A DNA stretch of 64,000 bases from Treponemataceae bacterium (GTDB lineage Bacteria; Spirochaetota; Spirochaetia; Treponematales; Rectinemataceae), in assembly GCA_963677895.2 (NCBI GenBank), contig CAXXGJ010000038.1, forward strand, positions 373,512 through 437,511, given 5' to 3'. A program made the translations under genes and the position numbers. The notes below the pieces were generated by a model. The model ran no database searches. It was not told where the DNA came from and was given only the letters and a program-made list of their open reading frames with translations. This document shows positions 47,332-57,314 of this stretch, one piece after another; position 1 is the stretch's first letter; each line of letters begins with the position of its first letter.

Positions 47332-48299
47332 CAGGCAAGGCTAAAAATCGACAGACACCATGCTTTGCGTACCGCGGCGCCGGCGCCTCGATCGCCCTCA
47401 TCCTTGTCCTGTCGCTCGGAACAATCCTCGCCGGATGCTCGATACCCTCCAGCGGCCTGACCACACCGTCGAACCGATACGCGTTGGTGATTGGGGTCCA
47501 GGATTATCCCGGCACCAATAACGATCTAAACTATCCCGACGATGACGCTAACGCCATGAATACGCTTCTCTCGGCACAAGGATGGACGGTACGATCCGTA
47601 CTCCTGAATGGGAGCGCCACCTACGACAATATAAAATCAGAGATAAATGCGTTGTCGACGGACTCGAGCGCGACGGTCCTCGTCTACTACTCGGGACATG
47701 GCTCCGATTATACGGGGACTCCGAGCATCATTCCCTACGACGGCCTCACCATATCAGATAACTTTGACATAACTAATTGGATCACTCCTGCTACCCTCAC
47801 GAACTGGGTCGCGGCTGTCCCGGCTAAGCACAGGCTACTGATCCTGGACGCCTGCTTTTCCGGTGGTTTTACCTTAGGCGACGGCTCCGTGGACACGGCG
47901 CAGGCCGACTACAGCCAGTTAAGCTACCATACTTTGGATAAAGGCATTCTTATCGGGGCGCTCTCGAAATTCGGCGCCTTGGTAGCGGATAATCTTTCGA
48001 CCTTCGGCGATCAGGAAGTCCTCGCGTTGAGCGCTTCCGGTTCGGAGGAATTGTCCTGGGATGATGGCGGCAGCCAGCATGGAGCATTCACCAACTATCT
48101 TCTTAAGGCATCGACATCGGGAGACACGGATGGTGATGGCTACGTGACGGTCAATGAGGCATATGCCTACACGAAAAAACAGATACGAGAAAACTGGAAT
48201 ATCGACTACCTGCATTCAAGCGATCCCCTGGAATGGGATTTCCTGCCGCACATCTCTGGCGGCACGGGCGACATCGTCCTCTACGCGAACGCCAATTAA
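47328..48299 (+). CDS. caspase-family (peptidase C14) lipoprotein
   Basis: The lipobox is TILAGC. The catalytic His is in VLVYYSGHGS and the Cys in RLLILDACFSGG. The p10-like part is HGAFTNYLLKAS...DTDGDGYVTVNEAYAY. Confidence 0.8.
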   Translation: MTGKAKNRQTPCFAYRGAGASIALILVLSLGTILAGCSIPSSGLTTPSNRYALVIGVQDYPGTNNDLNYPDDDANAMNTLLSAQGWTVRSVLLNGSATYDNIKSEINALSTDSSATVLVYYSGHGSDYTGTPSIIPYDGLTISDNFDITNWITPATLTNWVAAVPAKHRLLILDACFSGGFTLGDGSVDTAQADYSQLSYHTLDKGILIGALSKFGALVADNLSTFGDQEVLALSASGSEELSWDDGGSQHGAFTNYLLKASTSGDTDGDGYVTVNEAYAYTKKQIRENWNIDYLHSSDPLEWDFLPHISGGTGDIVLYANAN

Positions 48300-48326
48300 T
48301 CTCATGACCCACGCTGAATGGCATGA

Positions 48327-48370
48327 AAGGGGCTGTCCGGGAAGCGCTTTAGGGACAGCCCTTAATTTTT
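48327..48370 (+). terminator. rho-independent terminator after the caspase-like gene
   Basis: The stem GGGCTGTCC / GGACAGCCC has a 14-nt loop and is followed by TTAATTTTT. It lies between convergent genes. Confidence 0.7.
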
Positions 48371-48384
48371 AGCGCGGAAACCGG

Positions 48385-49680
48385 CTACGAGCCGGAAACA
48401 GTGATGCCTCTTGCCCTGATCCAGGGAAAGACGGCATTACCGAAATCGACACGCTCCCGAGAAATGCCGTCGATGTCCTTAAGAAGCTTCACGATATTGC
48501 CCGACACCATGGTGCCGGCGAGAGCTCTGACAATTTTGCCTTTCTCGATGAGGTAACTGTTCTTGGCCACGCCCGAAAAATCCCCGTCCTCGCTGGGGCT
48601 ACCTCCGGAAAAACGGTTGAGCAGGACGCCCCGCTCTATCCCGTCGATGAGCTCCGCCAGGGAGTCCGATCCGGCGTCCACCGTCAAGCAGCCACCTCCG
48701 CTGGAACAGCGGGCGAAGCCTGTCTTGTTCGAGCCGTAGAGGCTGAGGAAGTAGTTCCGCAGTTTCCCCTTCTCGATGATAGCGCAGTCTTCCGCGACGA
48801 AGCCGTCTGCCGTGAAGAACTGGCCGTCCTGGACGACGCCGGAAACAGGCGTCGAGCGAAGGCTTAAGCGGCTCGAGGCGATGTCCTTCCCGAGAGAATT
48901 CTTATAGGGCGAGGAGCCGCTGATGAGGCCGTAATCCCCGAGGTAGCTTGACTCGAGGCTATACAGGAATTCGCCCAGGCAGTGCGGCGCGATGACGATG
49001 TCGCCCTCGAACTTGCCGTCCAGGGGCTTCGCCTCGAGCTGTTCGGCCGATTGGCGCATGAGTTCGCCTACGGTTCCCCAGATCAGGAGGGGGCGGTCCA
49101 GGCTGAAGCGGCTGGCTCCGGAGTAGTTGAAGCTCGAAGCCTTCGTCCCTTCCTTGGCGGTGAATATGGCGACGAAGGAATAGATTCCCTTGGATTGGCG
49201 CAGCGACACTCCGTTCGAATTGGCGAAGAAGGATGTGGTCGCGGCAAAATCGAGGATGCATTGTTCAAGCTTCACTTTCGGGTGCTCTTTCGAGCAGCTG
49301 CCCAGGAATTCCGAGAGCCTGTCGTACATGGCGGGAAGGTCGGGGGCCTCGTCCCCGGCGGAGAATGCGGCAGGCGGCGATGATGGGGCTATGCCGTTCG
49401 CGGGGTCGGCCTTGGAGGCCAGGGCCGAGGCGACGGCTTCTTTCGCCGCTGTCCATATCGAATCGGCGTCGACGCGATTGAGGACGCTCGAACCTTTCCT
49501 CCCGCCCGAGTAGGCGGTGAGGGAAAGATTCGACTCGACCGTCGTCCGGAGGAGGCTCATCGCACCGTTATCGATATTGAGCTCGGTCTTCTCGCCGCGT
49601 GACAGCGAAGCCTGCCCCATGTCGGCCCCGGCCTCGATCATGGCCTTCACGGCCGTGTCGACGATGTTCATGCCCTCCAT
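48385..49680 (-). CDS. pmbA: PmbA/TldE-family metalloprotease subunit
   Basis: The 431 aa TldD/PmbA-fold protein lacks the HExxxH motif of its partner. It starts 1 nt after the tldD stop. Confidence 0.85.
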   Translation of the reverse strand: MEGMNIVDTAVKAMIEAGADMGQASLSRGEKTELNIDNGAMSLLRTTVESNLSLTAYSGGRKGSSVLNRVDADSIWTAAKEAVASALASKADPANGIAPSSPPAAFSAGDEAPDLPAMYDRLSEFLGSCSKEHPKVKLEQCILDFAATTSFFANSNGVSLRQSKGIYSFVAIFTAKEGTKASSFNYSGASRFSLDRPLLIWGTVGELMRQSAEQLEAKPLDGKFEGDIVIAPHCLGEFLYSLESSYLGDYGLISGSSPYKNSLGKDIASSRLSLRSTPVSGVVQDGQFFTADGFVAEDCAIIEKGKLRNYFLSLYGSNKTGFARCSSGGGCLTVDAGSDSLAELIDGIERGVLLNRFSGGSPSEDGDFSGVAKNSYLIEKGKIVRALAGTMVSGNIVKLLKDIDGISRERVDFGNAVFPWIRARGITVSGS

Positions 49681-49681
49681 A

Positions 49682-51076
49682 TCACCTACCCCCTATGTTG
49701 ATCGAACAGGCGATGGCCGGACCGCCCATGCCCACCGGGATCATCTGTTTCTTGCCGCACATGCCTCCGCAGCCCCAGCTCATGTCGTCGGAAATGGCGG
49801 TGACTGTCTTCAGCATGTCGAAGGCCACACCCGACACGGTCGTGTCCCTTATGGCGCGGCCGAGCTTGCCGCCCTTGATCTCGTAGCCGAGGACGACGCC
49901 GAACATGAACTCGCTCGTGGAATCGGCCTGACCGTTGCTTGATTTCATGAGGTAATAGCCGTCGTCGATGGAGGCGATCATGTCAGCGAGCTTCGAGGTT
50001 CCGGGGACTATGGCGGTGTTCCGCATGCGCACCAGCGGCTCGTCGGAAAAGGCGTATGCCCGTGCGTTGCCCGTGGGTTCGGCGCCGAGCTTGGCCGCCG
50101 TCTCCTTGTTGTGCATAAAGGACCTGAGCAGGCCCTTTTCGATCAGGACGGCGTCCTTGGCCTGAGTGCCCTCGTCGTCGATCCAGAGAGGGACGGGGCA
50201 GGTGGAGCCCAGGGCCGTATGGGCGAAGTCCACGAGGGTGACGAGGTCGCTCGCCACCTTCTTTCCAAGGTAGGCCCCCGCCACGGAGCCGCCGAGGACG
50301 CCATCGCCTTCCACTGTGTGGCCGATAGCCTCATGCGCGAGAATGCCCGCCAGGTCAGGGCCGAGAATCACGCGGCGGAGGCCGGCATCGGGATATATGC
50401 TCGCGGTCTTCGCGATGAGATGGCCGTGGAGTTCATCCAAGCCTTCTTCCAGAACAAACGGGGTCGTGAAGACGTCCTCGAATTGGCCACGTCCGCCGAA
50501 CACGCGGTATAGCTCAACGGGATTGCCCTCGGCGTCGTTCATGGTGAGATTCACGTACAGTATCGAGCGGGGGACGAGGGAATAGGCCTGTGCCCCTTCC
50601 GAGGTCAGGAGGGTCTTCTCCATGTCAAGACAGCCAAGACCCACATTACGCGACAGAAGCGCGGGGTAGGTTGCGGCTATGTACGAATCCACGGCCCGGG
50701 CGAAATCGAGCAAGTCCTTTTGCGCAAGGCGCGTTTTTTTGGTGGAAAGGTCGTGCGAGCCCGAACTCGAGCTGGCGTTCGAAGTCTTCGGAAGTCTGGC
50801 GTTAACCTTCCCAACCCTGGAAGCGAGGAAGAGCGCGTTCCGGGTGGCAAGCCGGACGGCGCCTTCTATGGACTCGTTCCCGATATCTGGGTCTGAGGCG
50901 AAGCCCCATGCCCCGTCCTTGAAAACGCGGGCCGAGACGCCGCCCACCGTCGAGCGGTTGTTGCGCAGGATATCGCCCTTTAAGAGGGCGATGTTGACCT
51001 GACTATTCCGCTGCACGCGAAGTTCCGTGTACTCGGTGAACAGACCGGCGTGCCCGCCGATGCCTTCATAGCGCAT
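49682..51076 (-). CDS. tldD: TldD-family metalloprotease subunit
   Basis: The metal motif LAHEAIGHTVEGD is present. I prefer the ATG at 51076, preceded by GGGAGG, to the TTG at 51112. Confidence 0.85.
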   Translation of the reverse strand: MRYEGIGGHAGLFTEYTELRVQRNSQVNIALLKGDILRNNRSTVGGVSARVFKDGAWGFASDPDIGNESIEGAVRLATRNALFLASRVGKVNARLPKTSNASSSSGSHDLSTKKTRLAQKDLLDFARAVDSYIAATYPALLSRNVGLGCLDMEKTLLTSEGAQAYSLVPRSILYVNLTMNDAEGNPVELYRVFGGRGQFEDVFTTPFVLEEGLDELHGHLIAKTASIYPDAGLRRVILGPDLAGILAHEAIGHTVEGDGVLGGSVAGAYLGKKVASDLVTLVDFAHTALGSTCPVPLWIDDEGTQAKDAVLIEKGLLRSFMHNKETAAKLGAEPTGNARAYAFSDEPLVRMRNTAIVPGTSKLADMIASIDDGYYLMKSSNGQADSTSEFMFGVVLGYEIKGGKLGRAIRDTTVSGVAFDMLKTVTAISDDMSWGCGGMCGKKQMIPVGMGGPAIACSINIGGR

Positions 51077-51110
51077 GCTGCCTCCCATTCTCTCGCAATA
51101 TAGAACCGCC

Positions 51111-51157
51111 AAGACAAGAAAGGGACCGTCCCCGGGTTATTTCCAGGACAGTCCCTT
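51111..51157 (-). terminator. probable rho-independent terminator after the TM2-domain gene
   Basis: The minus strand reads AAGGGACTGTCC-loop-GGACGGTCCCTT (one mismatch), followed by TCTTGTCTT. Confidence 0.5.
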
Positions 51158-51183
51158 CAATTCGGGCAAAGAAAATTTCCGAC

Positions 51184-51714
51184 TCAGCCCAGATCCACGA
51201 AATCGGATTTGTTGTTGTCGGCGAACTCGGGGAAGTAGTAGACGACGACGCCGGAGGAGCGGACGCGGACTTCGGCCATGCCGTTCTTGGCGAGCTTGTC
51301 CAGCTCCTTGCGCGCCTCCTCCACTGAGATGTCGCCTTCGATGGCCACTTCGCCGGGGGTCACTTGTCCGCCGTTTTTCCGGGCAACCCTCAGGATGGTT
51401 TTTTCGGCCGGTTCCACGCGCCTGTAGGAAAGACCGTCGGTATGGAGGTACGGGTCCCTGGCGGCCGAGGAGCCTTGAGCGAGGAAGGCCTGGGCGTCGT
51501 TCCGCATATTGGCGTCCTGTACCTGCCGAGGCAGCGTGAAGAGGTCGTAGATGCATCCCACTCCGGCCAATCCGCCCGTGAGCAGCCAGATAAAGCCCGT
51601 TCCGGCTTTGCCGAGATAGAATCTGTGCAAGCCCAAGGCTCCGCATCCGGAGATGGCCCAGAGCACGTAAGCGACGGGAAGGCTGTATTTCAAGGTAGTC
51701 CTCGTACGAGACAT
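51184..51714 (-). CDS. TM2-domain membrane protein with soluble C-terminal domain
   Basis: The TM2 signature [33 protein letters not shown] is present. The start is the internal ATG at 51714 (MSRTRTT). Confidence 0.75.
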   Translation of the reverse strand: MSRTRTTLKYSLPVAYVLWAISGCGALGLHRFYLGKAGTGFIWLLTGGLAGVGCIYDLFTLPRQVQDANMRNDAQAFLAQGSSAARDPYLHTDGLSYRRVEPAEKTILRVARKNGGQVTPGEVAIEGDISVEEARKELDKLAKNGMAEVRVRSSGVVVYYFPEFADNNKSDFVDLG

Positions 51715-51858
51715 AAAAAGAATTATCTCACGTCTATAGTACCACATCGGGGAAGCGACCGACAACATCGAGGGGAAAAAATCCCGCCACCGTATATAGA
51801 TTTTATGCTTCAGACAGAGTATCATGCATAAAATTTGCATGCTCTTATGGAGATACCC

Positions 51859-53253
51859 ATGATTCCAACCGTGAAGGAACTTTTATCATCGAAGCTCGAA
51901 GGCCAGCACGTCACCGTGAAGGGCTGGGTGCGCACGAAGAGGCAGACCAAATCCGCCGTGTTCGTGGAGATCAATGATGGTTCCTGCATGACGAATATAC
52001 AGTGCGTTTTCGACGAGGAGAAGGTCGCGAAGCCCGCCCTGGCCGCCGAATTCGAGCGTACGACGACGGGCGCCAGCGTCAGCGTCGAAGGGACGCTCAT
52101 CGTCTCCCCCGGCACAGGCCAGAAGCTCGAAGTGAAGGCTTCCTCCCTGAAAGTCATAGGCGAAGCTCCGGCCGACACCTACCCCCTTCAGAAAAAAGCC
52201 CATTCCATGGAATTCCTCCGCGAGATGGCTCACTTGAGGCCGCGCACGAACACCTTCGGCGCCGTGGCCCGCGTCCGGAACAGGATGGCCTTCGCCGTTC
52301 ACCAGTTCTTCCAGGAGCGGGGCTTCTTCTATGTGCACACGCCCCTCATAACGGCGTCGGACGCCGAGGGCGCCGGCGCGATGTTCCAGGTGACGACCCT
52401 CGACCTCGACCGCATCGCGGCGGCGGGTGGTCCGGTGGACTATGACAAGGATTTCTTCGGCAAGCCTGCCTTCCTCACGGTTTCGGGCCAGCTCAACGTC
52501 GAGACCTACTGTCAGTCCATGAACCGCGTCTATACCTTCGGGCCGACCTTCAGGGCCGAAAATTCCAACACGACGAGGCATCTTTCCGAGTTCTGGATGA
52601 TTGAGCCGGAAATCGCCTTCGCCGAGCTGGAGGACGACATCGCCCTCGCGCGGGATTTCCTCCTCTACCTCGTCAAGGTCGCTCTCAAGGACTGTTCCGA
52701 GGATCTCGCCTTCTTCGACGCCCGGATCCAGCCTGGACTCATCGACGATCTCACGAAGGTCGCCAAGGGCTCCTTCTCGCGCATGACCTACACCGAGGCC
52801 GTCAAGGAACTGGAAAAGCACAAGGGCGTCTTCGAATTCGACCCCTACTGGGGCTGCGACCTCCAGAGCGAGCACGAAAAGTTCCTCACGGAAAAAGTGG
52901 TGGGCGGCCCACTCGTCGTCACCGATTATCCCAAGGAAATCAAGGCTTTCTACATGAAGCAGAATGACGATGGCAAGACCGTCGCCGCCATGGATGTCCT
53001 CGTGCCACGTTTCGGCGAGATCATGGGCGGCTCCGAGCGCGAGTGGCGCCTCGACCTCCTGCAGAAGCGCATCGTAGACGGCGGCCTCAACCTCGACTCC
53101 TACAAGTGGTACCTCGACCTGCGGCGCTTCGGCTCCACGCCCCACGCGGGATTCGGCCTGGGCTTCGAGCGGCTTTTGCTCTATGTCACCGGCATGACCA
53201 ATATCAGGGATGTCATTCCCTTCCCGAGAGCGCCCAGACAAGCGGATTTCTGA
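51859..53253 (+). CDS. asnS: asparagine--tRNA ligase
   Basis: An OB-fold N-terminus is followed by class II motif 2 ([21 protein letters not shown]) and motif 3 ([10 protein letters not shown]). The start is the ATG at 51859 (MIPTVKELL). Confidence 0.93.
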   Translation: MIPTVKELLSSKLEGQHVTVKGWVRTKRQTKSAVFVEINDGSCMTNIQCVFDEEKVAKPALAAEFERTTTGASVSVEGTLIVSPGTGQKLEVKASSLKVIGEAPADTYPLQKKAHSMEFLREMAHLRPRTNTFGAVARVRNRMAFAVHQFFQERGFFYVHTPLITASDAEGAGAMFQVTTLDLDRIAAAGGPVDYDKDFFGKPAFLTVSGQLNVETYCQSMNRVYTFGPTFRAENSNTTRHLSEFWMIEPEIAFAELEDDIALARDFLLYLVKVALKDCSEDLAFFDARIQPGLIDDLTKVAKGSFSRMTYTEAVKELEKHKGVFEFDPYWGCDLQSEHEKFLTEKVVGGPLVVTDYPKEIKAFYMKQNDDGKTVAAMDVLVPRFGEIMGGSEREWRLDLLQKRIVDGGLNLDSYKWYLDLRRFGSTPHAGFGLGFERLLLYVTGMTNIRDVIPFPRAPRQADF

Positions 53254-53269
53254 GATTCCGGAAAACCCG

Positions 53270-54589
53270 ATGAATAACGACACACAAGCGATGCCCGAAT
53301 TCCATGCGCGCGGGATGGCGAGGAAGGGAAAAGCGGCGACTAAAGCCTTGATGGCCGCCGTCGTCCTGGCCTTCATTTTAGCCATTCCCTTCAAACTGAC
53401 GGCCCAGTCCAGCCGGCTTCCGGCCACCGAATCGGCGGGCATTTCACAGGCGCCCTCGGTGAACGCCCGCTCGGCTGTCCTCATCGACGCCAGGACGGGG
53501 ACCCTTCTCTACGCCAAGAATCCCGACATTTCCCTGCCCCCCGCGAGCCTGACCAAGCTGGTCACGCTCCACCTCGTCTACGAGGAGATAGCGGCCGGCC
53601 GCCTTTCGCCCGACGAACTTGTCGAGATCGACCGCAGGGACTGTTCGCCGATCGTCCCCTACGGCTCGTCGATCATGTATCTCCATCCCAAGATGAAGGT
53701 ATCGATCCGCGACCTCATGCTCGGCGCGGCCGTGGTTTCGGGCAACGACGCCGCCTACGCCCTGGCGCGGCGAATCGCTGGCTCCAACGAGGCTTTCGCC
53801 GTGCTCATGAACAAGACGGTACAGGACATGGGTTTCGACCACCTGAAATTCGAGGAACCCTCGGGGCTCTCGGAATTCAACCTCGTCTCCGCCCGTCAAT
53901 TCGCTTTATTCTGTAAAAAGTACCTGGAACTGCATCCACAGGCGCTGCAGGAGCTGCACTCGGTCAAGTCCATCGAGTTTCCCCGCGCCGAACACGCGGC
54001 GCCCGGCTTCGTGCCCGAAGGCAGGATCGTCCAATACAACCGCAATCCGCTGATATTCAGCTATCCGGGAGCCGACGGACTCAAGACCGGCTACATCATC
54101 GAAGTGGGTTTCAATATGGCCGCCACCGCCGAGCGCGACGGCACCCGTTTCATCGCCGTGACTCTCGGCGGCACGGGCTCGTCCTACGCGGGCGGGGGTC
54201 GTCAGCGCACGGCGGATACCACGCGTCTCCTCGACTGGGCTTTTGACAACTTTTCGACAATTAGTCTCGATCCGGGCGTCATACCGAGCCCCAGGACCTG
54301 GTTCGGCAATGTGAGAAGGGCCGAGCTCGTTCCCGCGAGGACGAATGCCGTCACCGTTCCGCGTTCGCAGTCCGAATCCCTGAGAATGCGCGTCGAGGTG
54401 CAGCCTTACGCCGACGCCCCTCTCGCGAAGGGCACGAAACTCGGCAGGATTGTCTACTCGCTGGGCCAGCGCGACGTTTCGGCCATCGATCTCGTGACCT
54501 CGGCCGATATCCCCCACGGCAATATCTTCAGGCGCGCATGGGACGGCATCATGAAATTTTTCTCGGGTATTTTCGGGAAGAAGGCCTAA
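53270..54589 (+). CDS. D-alanyl-D-alanine carboxypeptidase (PBP5/6, peptidase S11)
   Basis: A signal/TM segment is followed by SxxK (ASLTKLVT), SxN (SGNDAA) and KTG (GLKTGY). The start is the ATG at 53270. Confidence 0.85.
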   Translation: MNNDTQAMPEFHARGMARKGKAATKALMAAVVLAFILAIPFKLTAQSSRLPATESAGISQAPSVNARSAVLIDARTGTLLYAKNPDISLPPASLTKLVTLHLVYEEIAAGRLSPDELVEIDRRDCSPIVPYGSSIMYLHPKMKVSIRDLMLGAAVVSGNDAAYALARRIAGSNEAFAVLMNKTVQDMGFDHLKFEEPSGLSEFNLVSARQFALFCKKYLELHPQALQELHSVKSIEFPRAEHAAPGFVPEGRIVQYNRNPLIFSYPGADGLKTGYIIEVGFNMAATAERDGTRFIAVTLGGTGSSYAGGGRQRTADTTRLLDWAFDNFSTISLDPGVIPSPRTWFGNVRRAELVPARTNAVTVPRSQSESLRMRVEVQPYADAPLAKGTKLGRIVYSLGQRDVSAIDLVTSADIPHGNIFRRAWDGIMKFFSGIFGKKA

Positions 54590-54595
54590 TCGGCT

Positions 54596-55447
54596 TTAGC
54601 CGGAGATTCTCAGGCTGTCGCCCTCGTAGGCGGCGAAGCCTTCTTTGACGAGGGCTGAAGCGCATTTTTCGATGTTTTCGCGCGAAAAGGGAAGCGTCAG
54701 GTAAAGTTCTTCTATCTTCACTTTTTTGCTTTCGACGAGTCGCTTGAGGACGGCGCCCCGCACGCGCCTGAACGAGGTGGCGAAGGGCGCCTGCTTTTTA
54801 TAGGCCGCGCCGCGCACCGAATGGTTGCCCTCGACCCGCTTGAGCTCGGAGCCGTAATCCATGAGGGCCGTGTACCAGCGACGCGGCGCGGTCGCGTCGA
54901 GAACCTGGGCCGCTATGCCTTCAAGAGCCCTGTCGGAGACGCCCGTCTCTTCGGGGAAAAAATGCTTTAAAAGAACGGTGCGGATATTGGTTTCCAGGAA
55001 TACCGTCGGCCTGTCGAAGGCGAAGGCGAGTATCGCGCGGGAGGTATAGACGCCGATGCCCGGCAGGGAGCGCAGCGCGGCTTCGTCCTGGGGAACACGG
55101 CCTCCAAAATCCTTGGCGATGATCTGGCCGCTCCGGTGGAGGGCCAGCGCTCTTCTGTTGTAGCCGAGGCCGCTCCAGAACCGCAGGACTTCGTCGGCGG
55201 GCGCCGCCGCGAGGCTTCCGATATCGGGGAAGCGTTCCATCCACGCAAGATACTTCGGGACTACCCTCGGTACCTGTGTCTGCTGAAGCATCATCTCCGA
55301 AACCATGATCGCGTAAGGATCGGCGTCCCGCCTCCATGGCAGCTCACGCCAACAGGCGGCGGCGCTTTCATAGACGAGCGCCCGGAATGCCTCCGCTTCG
55401 CGGGCATCCATAGCGGGGAGGGCTTCCAGTGCGGTCTTATCTATCAT
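54596..55447 (-). CDS. HhH-GPD DNA glycosylase, MutY-like but lacking Fe-S cluster cysteines and NUDIX-like domain
   Basis: The catalytic Glu context is VSEMMLQQTQV and the HhH is LPGIGVYTSRAIL. No CX6CX2CX5C motif is present. The protein is 283 aa. Confidence 0.75.
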   Translation of the reverse strand: MIDKTALEALPAMDAREAEAFRALVYESAAACWRELPWRRDADPYAIMVSEMMLQQTQVPRVVPKYLAWMERFPDIGSLAAAPADEVLRFWSGLGYNRRALALHRSGQIIAKDFGGRVPQDEAALRSLPGIGVYTSRAILAFAFDRPTVFLETNIRTVLLKHFFPEETGVSDRALEGIAAQVLDATAPRRWYTALMDYGSELKRVEGNHSVRGAAYKKQAPFATSFRRVRGAVLKRLVESKKVKIEELYLTLPFSRENIEKCASALVKEGFAAYEGDSLRISG

Positions 55448-55477
55448 TGATGGATTTCCCGAAACGCTCTGCCGAGT

Positions 55478-56074
55478 TCAGGAATAGATGTGCGCGAACT
55501 CGTGGAGAAGTTCTTCGGCCTTGGTTTTGCATTCCCCGCATACAGTGCCTATCTTGGTGGCTTCCTGAAGCTGATGCCAGTCCCTCGCTCCAGCCTTCAC
55601 CGCCGTCTCGATGTCCTTATCGGTGATGTTGAGGCATTTGCAAATGACAGTGGCATCCTCGCCTTTGAACTCCCCCGCCCTGCCGTTCTTTTCCAGGTAC
55701 TGGTCGATGGCCGCGCGCAGCGCTTTGTCGCCCAGAACCGAGCAGTGAATCTTGTTGTCGGGCAGTCCGCCCAGTTTCGCGGCTATGTCGGCCGGCTTGA
55801 TGCCGTATGCCTGCCTGAGCTTCATGCCTTTGATGGATTCCGAAAGCATGGAGGTGCTGGCTATGGCCGAAGCGCAGCCATAGGTCTTCCAGCGCACGTC
55901 CGCGATTACGTCGTCTTTTATCTTGAGCATGAACATCATCTGGTCGCCGCATCGTATATTGCCCACAACCCCTTCGGCGTCGGCCTCAAAGGCCTCGTCG
56001 GGGTTGAAAACGTTCCTGGGATTCATGAAATGATCTTTTACGGTATCCGTATATAGCCACTGGAATGTATCCAT
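55478..56074 (-). CDS. nifU: NifU-type Fe-S scaffold with C-terminal BFD-like [2Fe-2S] domain
   Basis: The scaffold cysteines are in CGDQMMF, YGCASAIAS and HCSVLG. The BFD-like part is CKCLNITDKDI...CGECK. The ATG at 56074 is preceded by AAGGAG. Confidence 0.85.
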   Translation of the reverse strand: MDTFQWLYTDTVKDHFMNPRNVFNPDEAFEADAEGVVGNIRCGDQMMFMLKIKDDVIADVRWKTYGCASAIASTSMLSESIKGMKLRQAYGIKPADIAAKLGGLPDNKIHCSVLGDKALRAAIDQYLEKNGRAGEFKGEDATVICKCLNITDKDIETAVKAGARDWHQLQEATKIGTVCGECKTKAEELLHEFAHIYS

Positions 56075-56120
56075 AGCATTCTCCTTTTCGCTGTTTTTCA
56101 CGTGTTGTTTCAGGCGGCGA

Positions 56121-57311
56121 TCAATTGACGGCCGCGGTCTCGGTCGCCGACACCGTCGACATTCTCCTGAGCCTTTCGATGATCGGGGGCAATTTCTCGA
56201 TCACATAACGCACTTCTTCCTCGGTCGTGTACTTGCCCAGCGAAAAGCGGATCGAACCATGGGCCAGTTCGGGTCCGACGCCCGTCGCGAGGAGAACATG
56301 GGAGGGTTCGAGACTGCCCGAAGCGCAGGCCGAACCCGTGGAAACCTGGATGCCTTCCAGGTCCAGCGACAGAAGGATGGATTCGCCCTCGGCGCCGGGG
56401 AAGGAGATATTCAAGGTATTGGGCAGCACTTCCGTCGGATGTCCATTCACTTTCACGTGAGGAATCCTGGCCACGAGGCCGTCCTTGAGCATGGCGCGAA
56501 GGGAACGCAGCCTGGCGGAAAACTCCGGCAGGTCCTTGAGCGCGAGTTCGGCCGCTTTGCCGAACCCTATGATGCCGAGGTTGTTGTAGGTGCCCGCCCT
56601 CACGCCGTTTTCCTGGTGTCCGCCGCGTATGAGCGGGACGATGGGCGATCGAGGCCTGACATAGAGGGCGCCGATGCCTTTCGGTCCATAGATTTTATGG
56701 CAGGACATGGTGAGGTAATCCACGCCCCAGTCTTCGACGGAGACCGAGATCTTGCCGATCGCCTGGGTGGCATCGGTATGGACGTAGGCTCCGACGGCTT
56801 TCGCCATTTTAGCTATCGTCTTGATGTCCTCGACGGTACCGATTTCGTTATTGGCGGCCATCACCGACACGAGGAGCGTATCAGGGGTGAGTTCCTTCCT
56901 GTACGCTTCCATGTCGACTCTTCCATAGGCGTCCACGGGAAGGTAGACGACGGGGAATCCTTCAGAAGCCAGATAGGCCGCGGAATTCATGACGCAGGGA
57001 TGCTCGATCGACGTCGTGATGATCTTCCTGCGGGAAGGCGTTCTGCGTCCAATATCGTACATCGTCATGAAAACCGTGTTGTTGGATTCGGAGCCGCCCG
57101 AAGTGAAATAGACGGAAGAGGAATCGGCCGCGCCGATGATCGCCGCCACGGATGCCCTGGCCTGCTCTATTTCGGCCCGAGCCCGTCTGCCCGCCTCATG
57201 CATGCTCGAAGCGTTGGCGTATATATCGAGCGCCTTTACCATGATGTCCTTGACCTCGGGTCGCAAGGGAGTCGTGGCGTTGTAATCCATGTACACGAAA
57301 TGCTGGGGCAT
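56121..57311 (-). CDS. nifS: cysteine desulfurase (NifS/IscS class)
   Basis: The PLP lysine context is SCHKIYGPKGIG and the catalytic Cys loop is STGSACASGS. The protein is 396 aa. Confidence 0.92.
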   Translation of the reverse strand: MPQHFVYMDYNATTPLRPEVKDIMVKALDIYANASSMHEAGRRARAEIEQARASVAAIIGAADSSSVYFTSGGSESNNTVFMTMYDIGRRTPSRRKIITTSIEHPCVMNSAAYLASEGFPVVYLPVDAYGRVDMEAYRKELTPDTLLVSVMAANNEIGTVEDIKTIAKMAKAVGAYVHTDATQAIGKISVSVEDWGVDYLTMSCHKIYGPKGIGALYVRPRSPIVPLIRGGHQENGVRAGTYNNLGIIGFGKAAELALKDLPEFSARLRSLRAMLKDGLVARIPHVKVNGHPTEVLPNTLNISFPGAEGESILLSLDLEGIQVSTGSACASGSLEPSHVLLATGVGPELAHGSIRFSLGKYTTEEEVRYVIEKLPPIIERLRRMSTVSATETAAVN

Positions 57312-57314
57312 GAT

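Noticed and set aside
47328-48299. The DTDGDGYVTVNE loop in the caspase-like protein, considered as an independent EF-hand or dockerin-like calcium module.
   Set aside because: To my knowledge this Dx[DN]xDG loop followed by an acidic or aromatic helix is a common feature of the C-terminal part of bacterial C14 domains. It is not an added domain.
51715-51858. A possible T-box or other leader upstream of asnS, based on the small CATGCA-N7-TGCATG inverted repeat.
   Set aside because: The spacer is only about 140 nt and is shared with a divergent gene. No specifier-loop/T-box sequence or terminator-antiterminator pair is recognisable.
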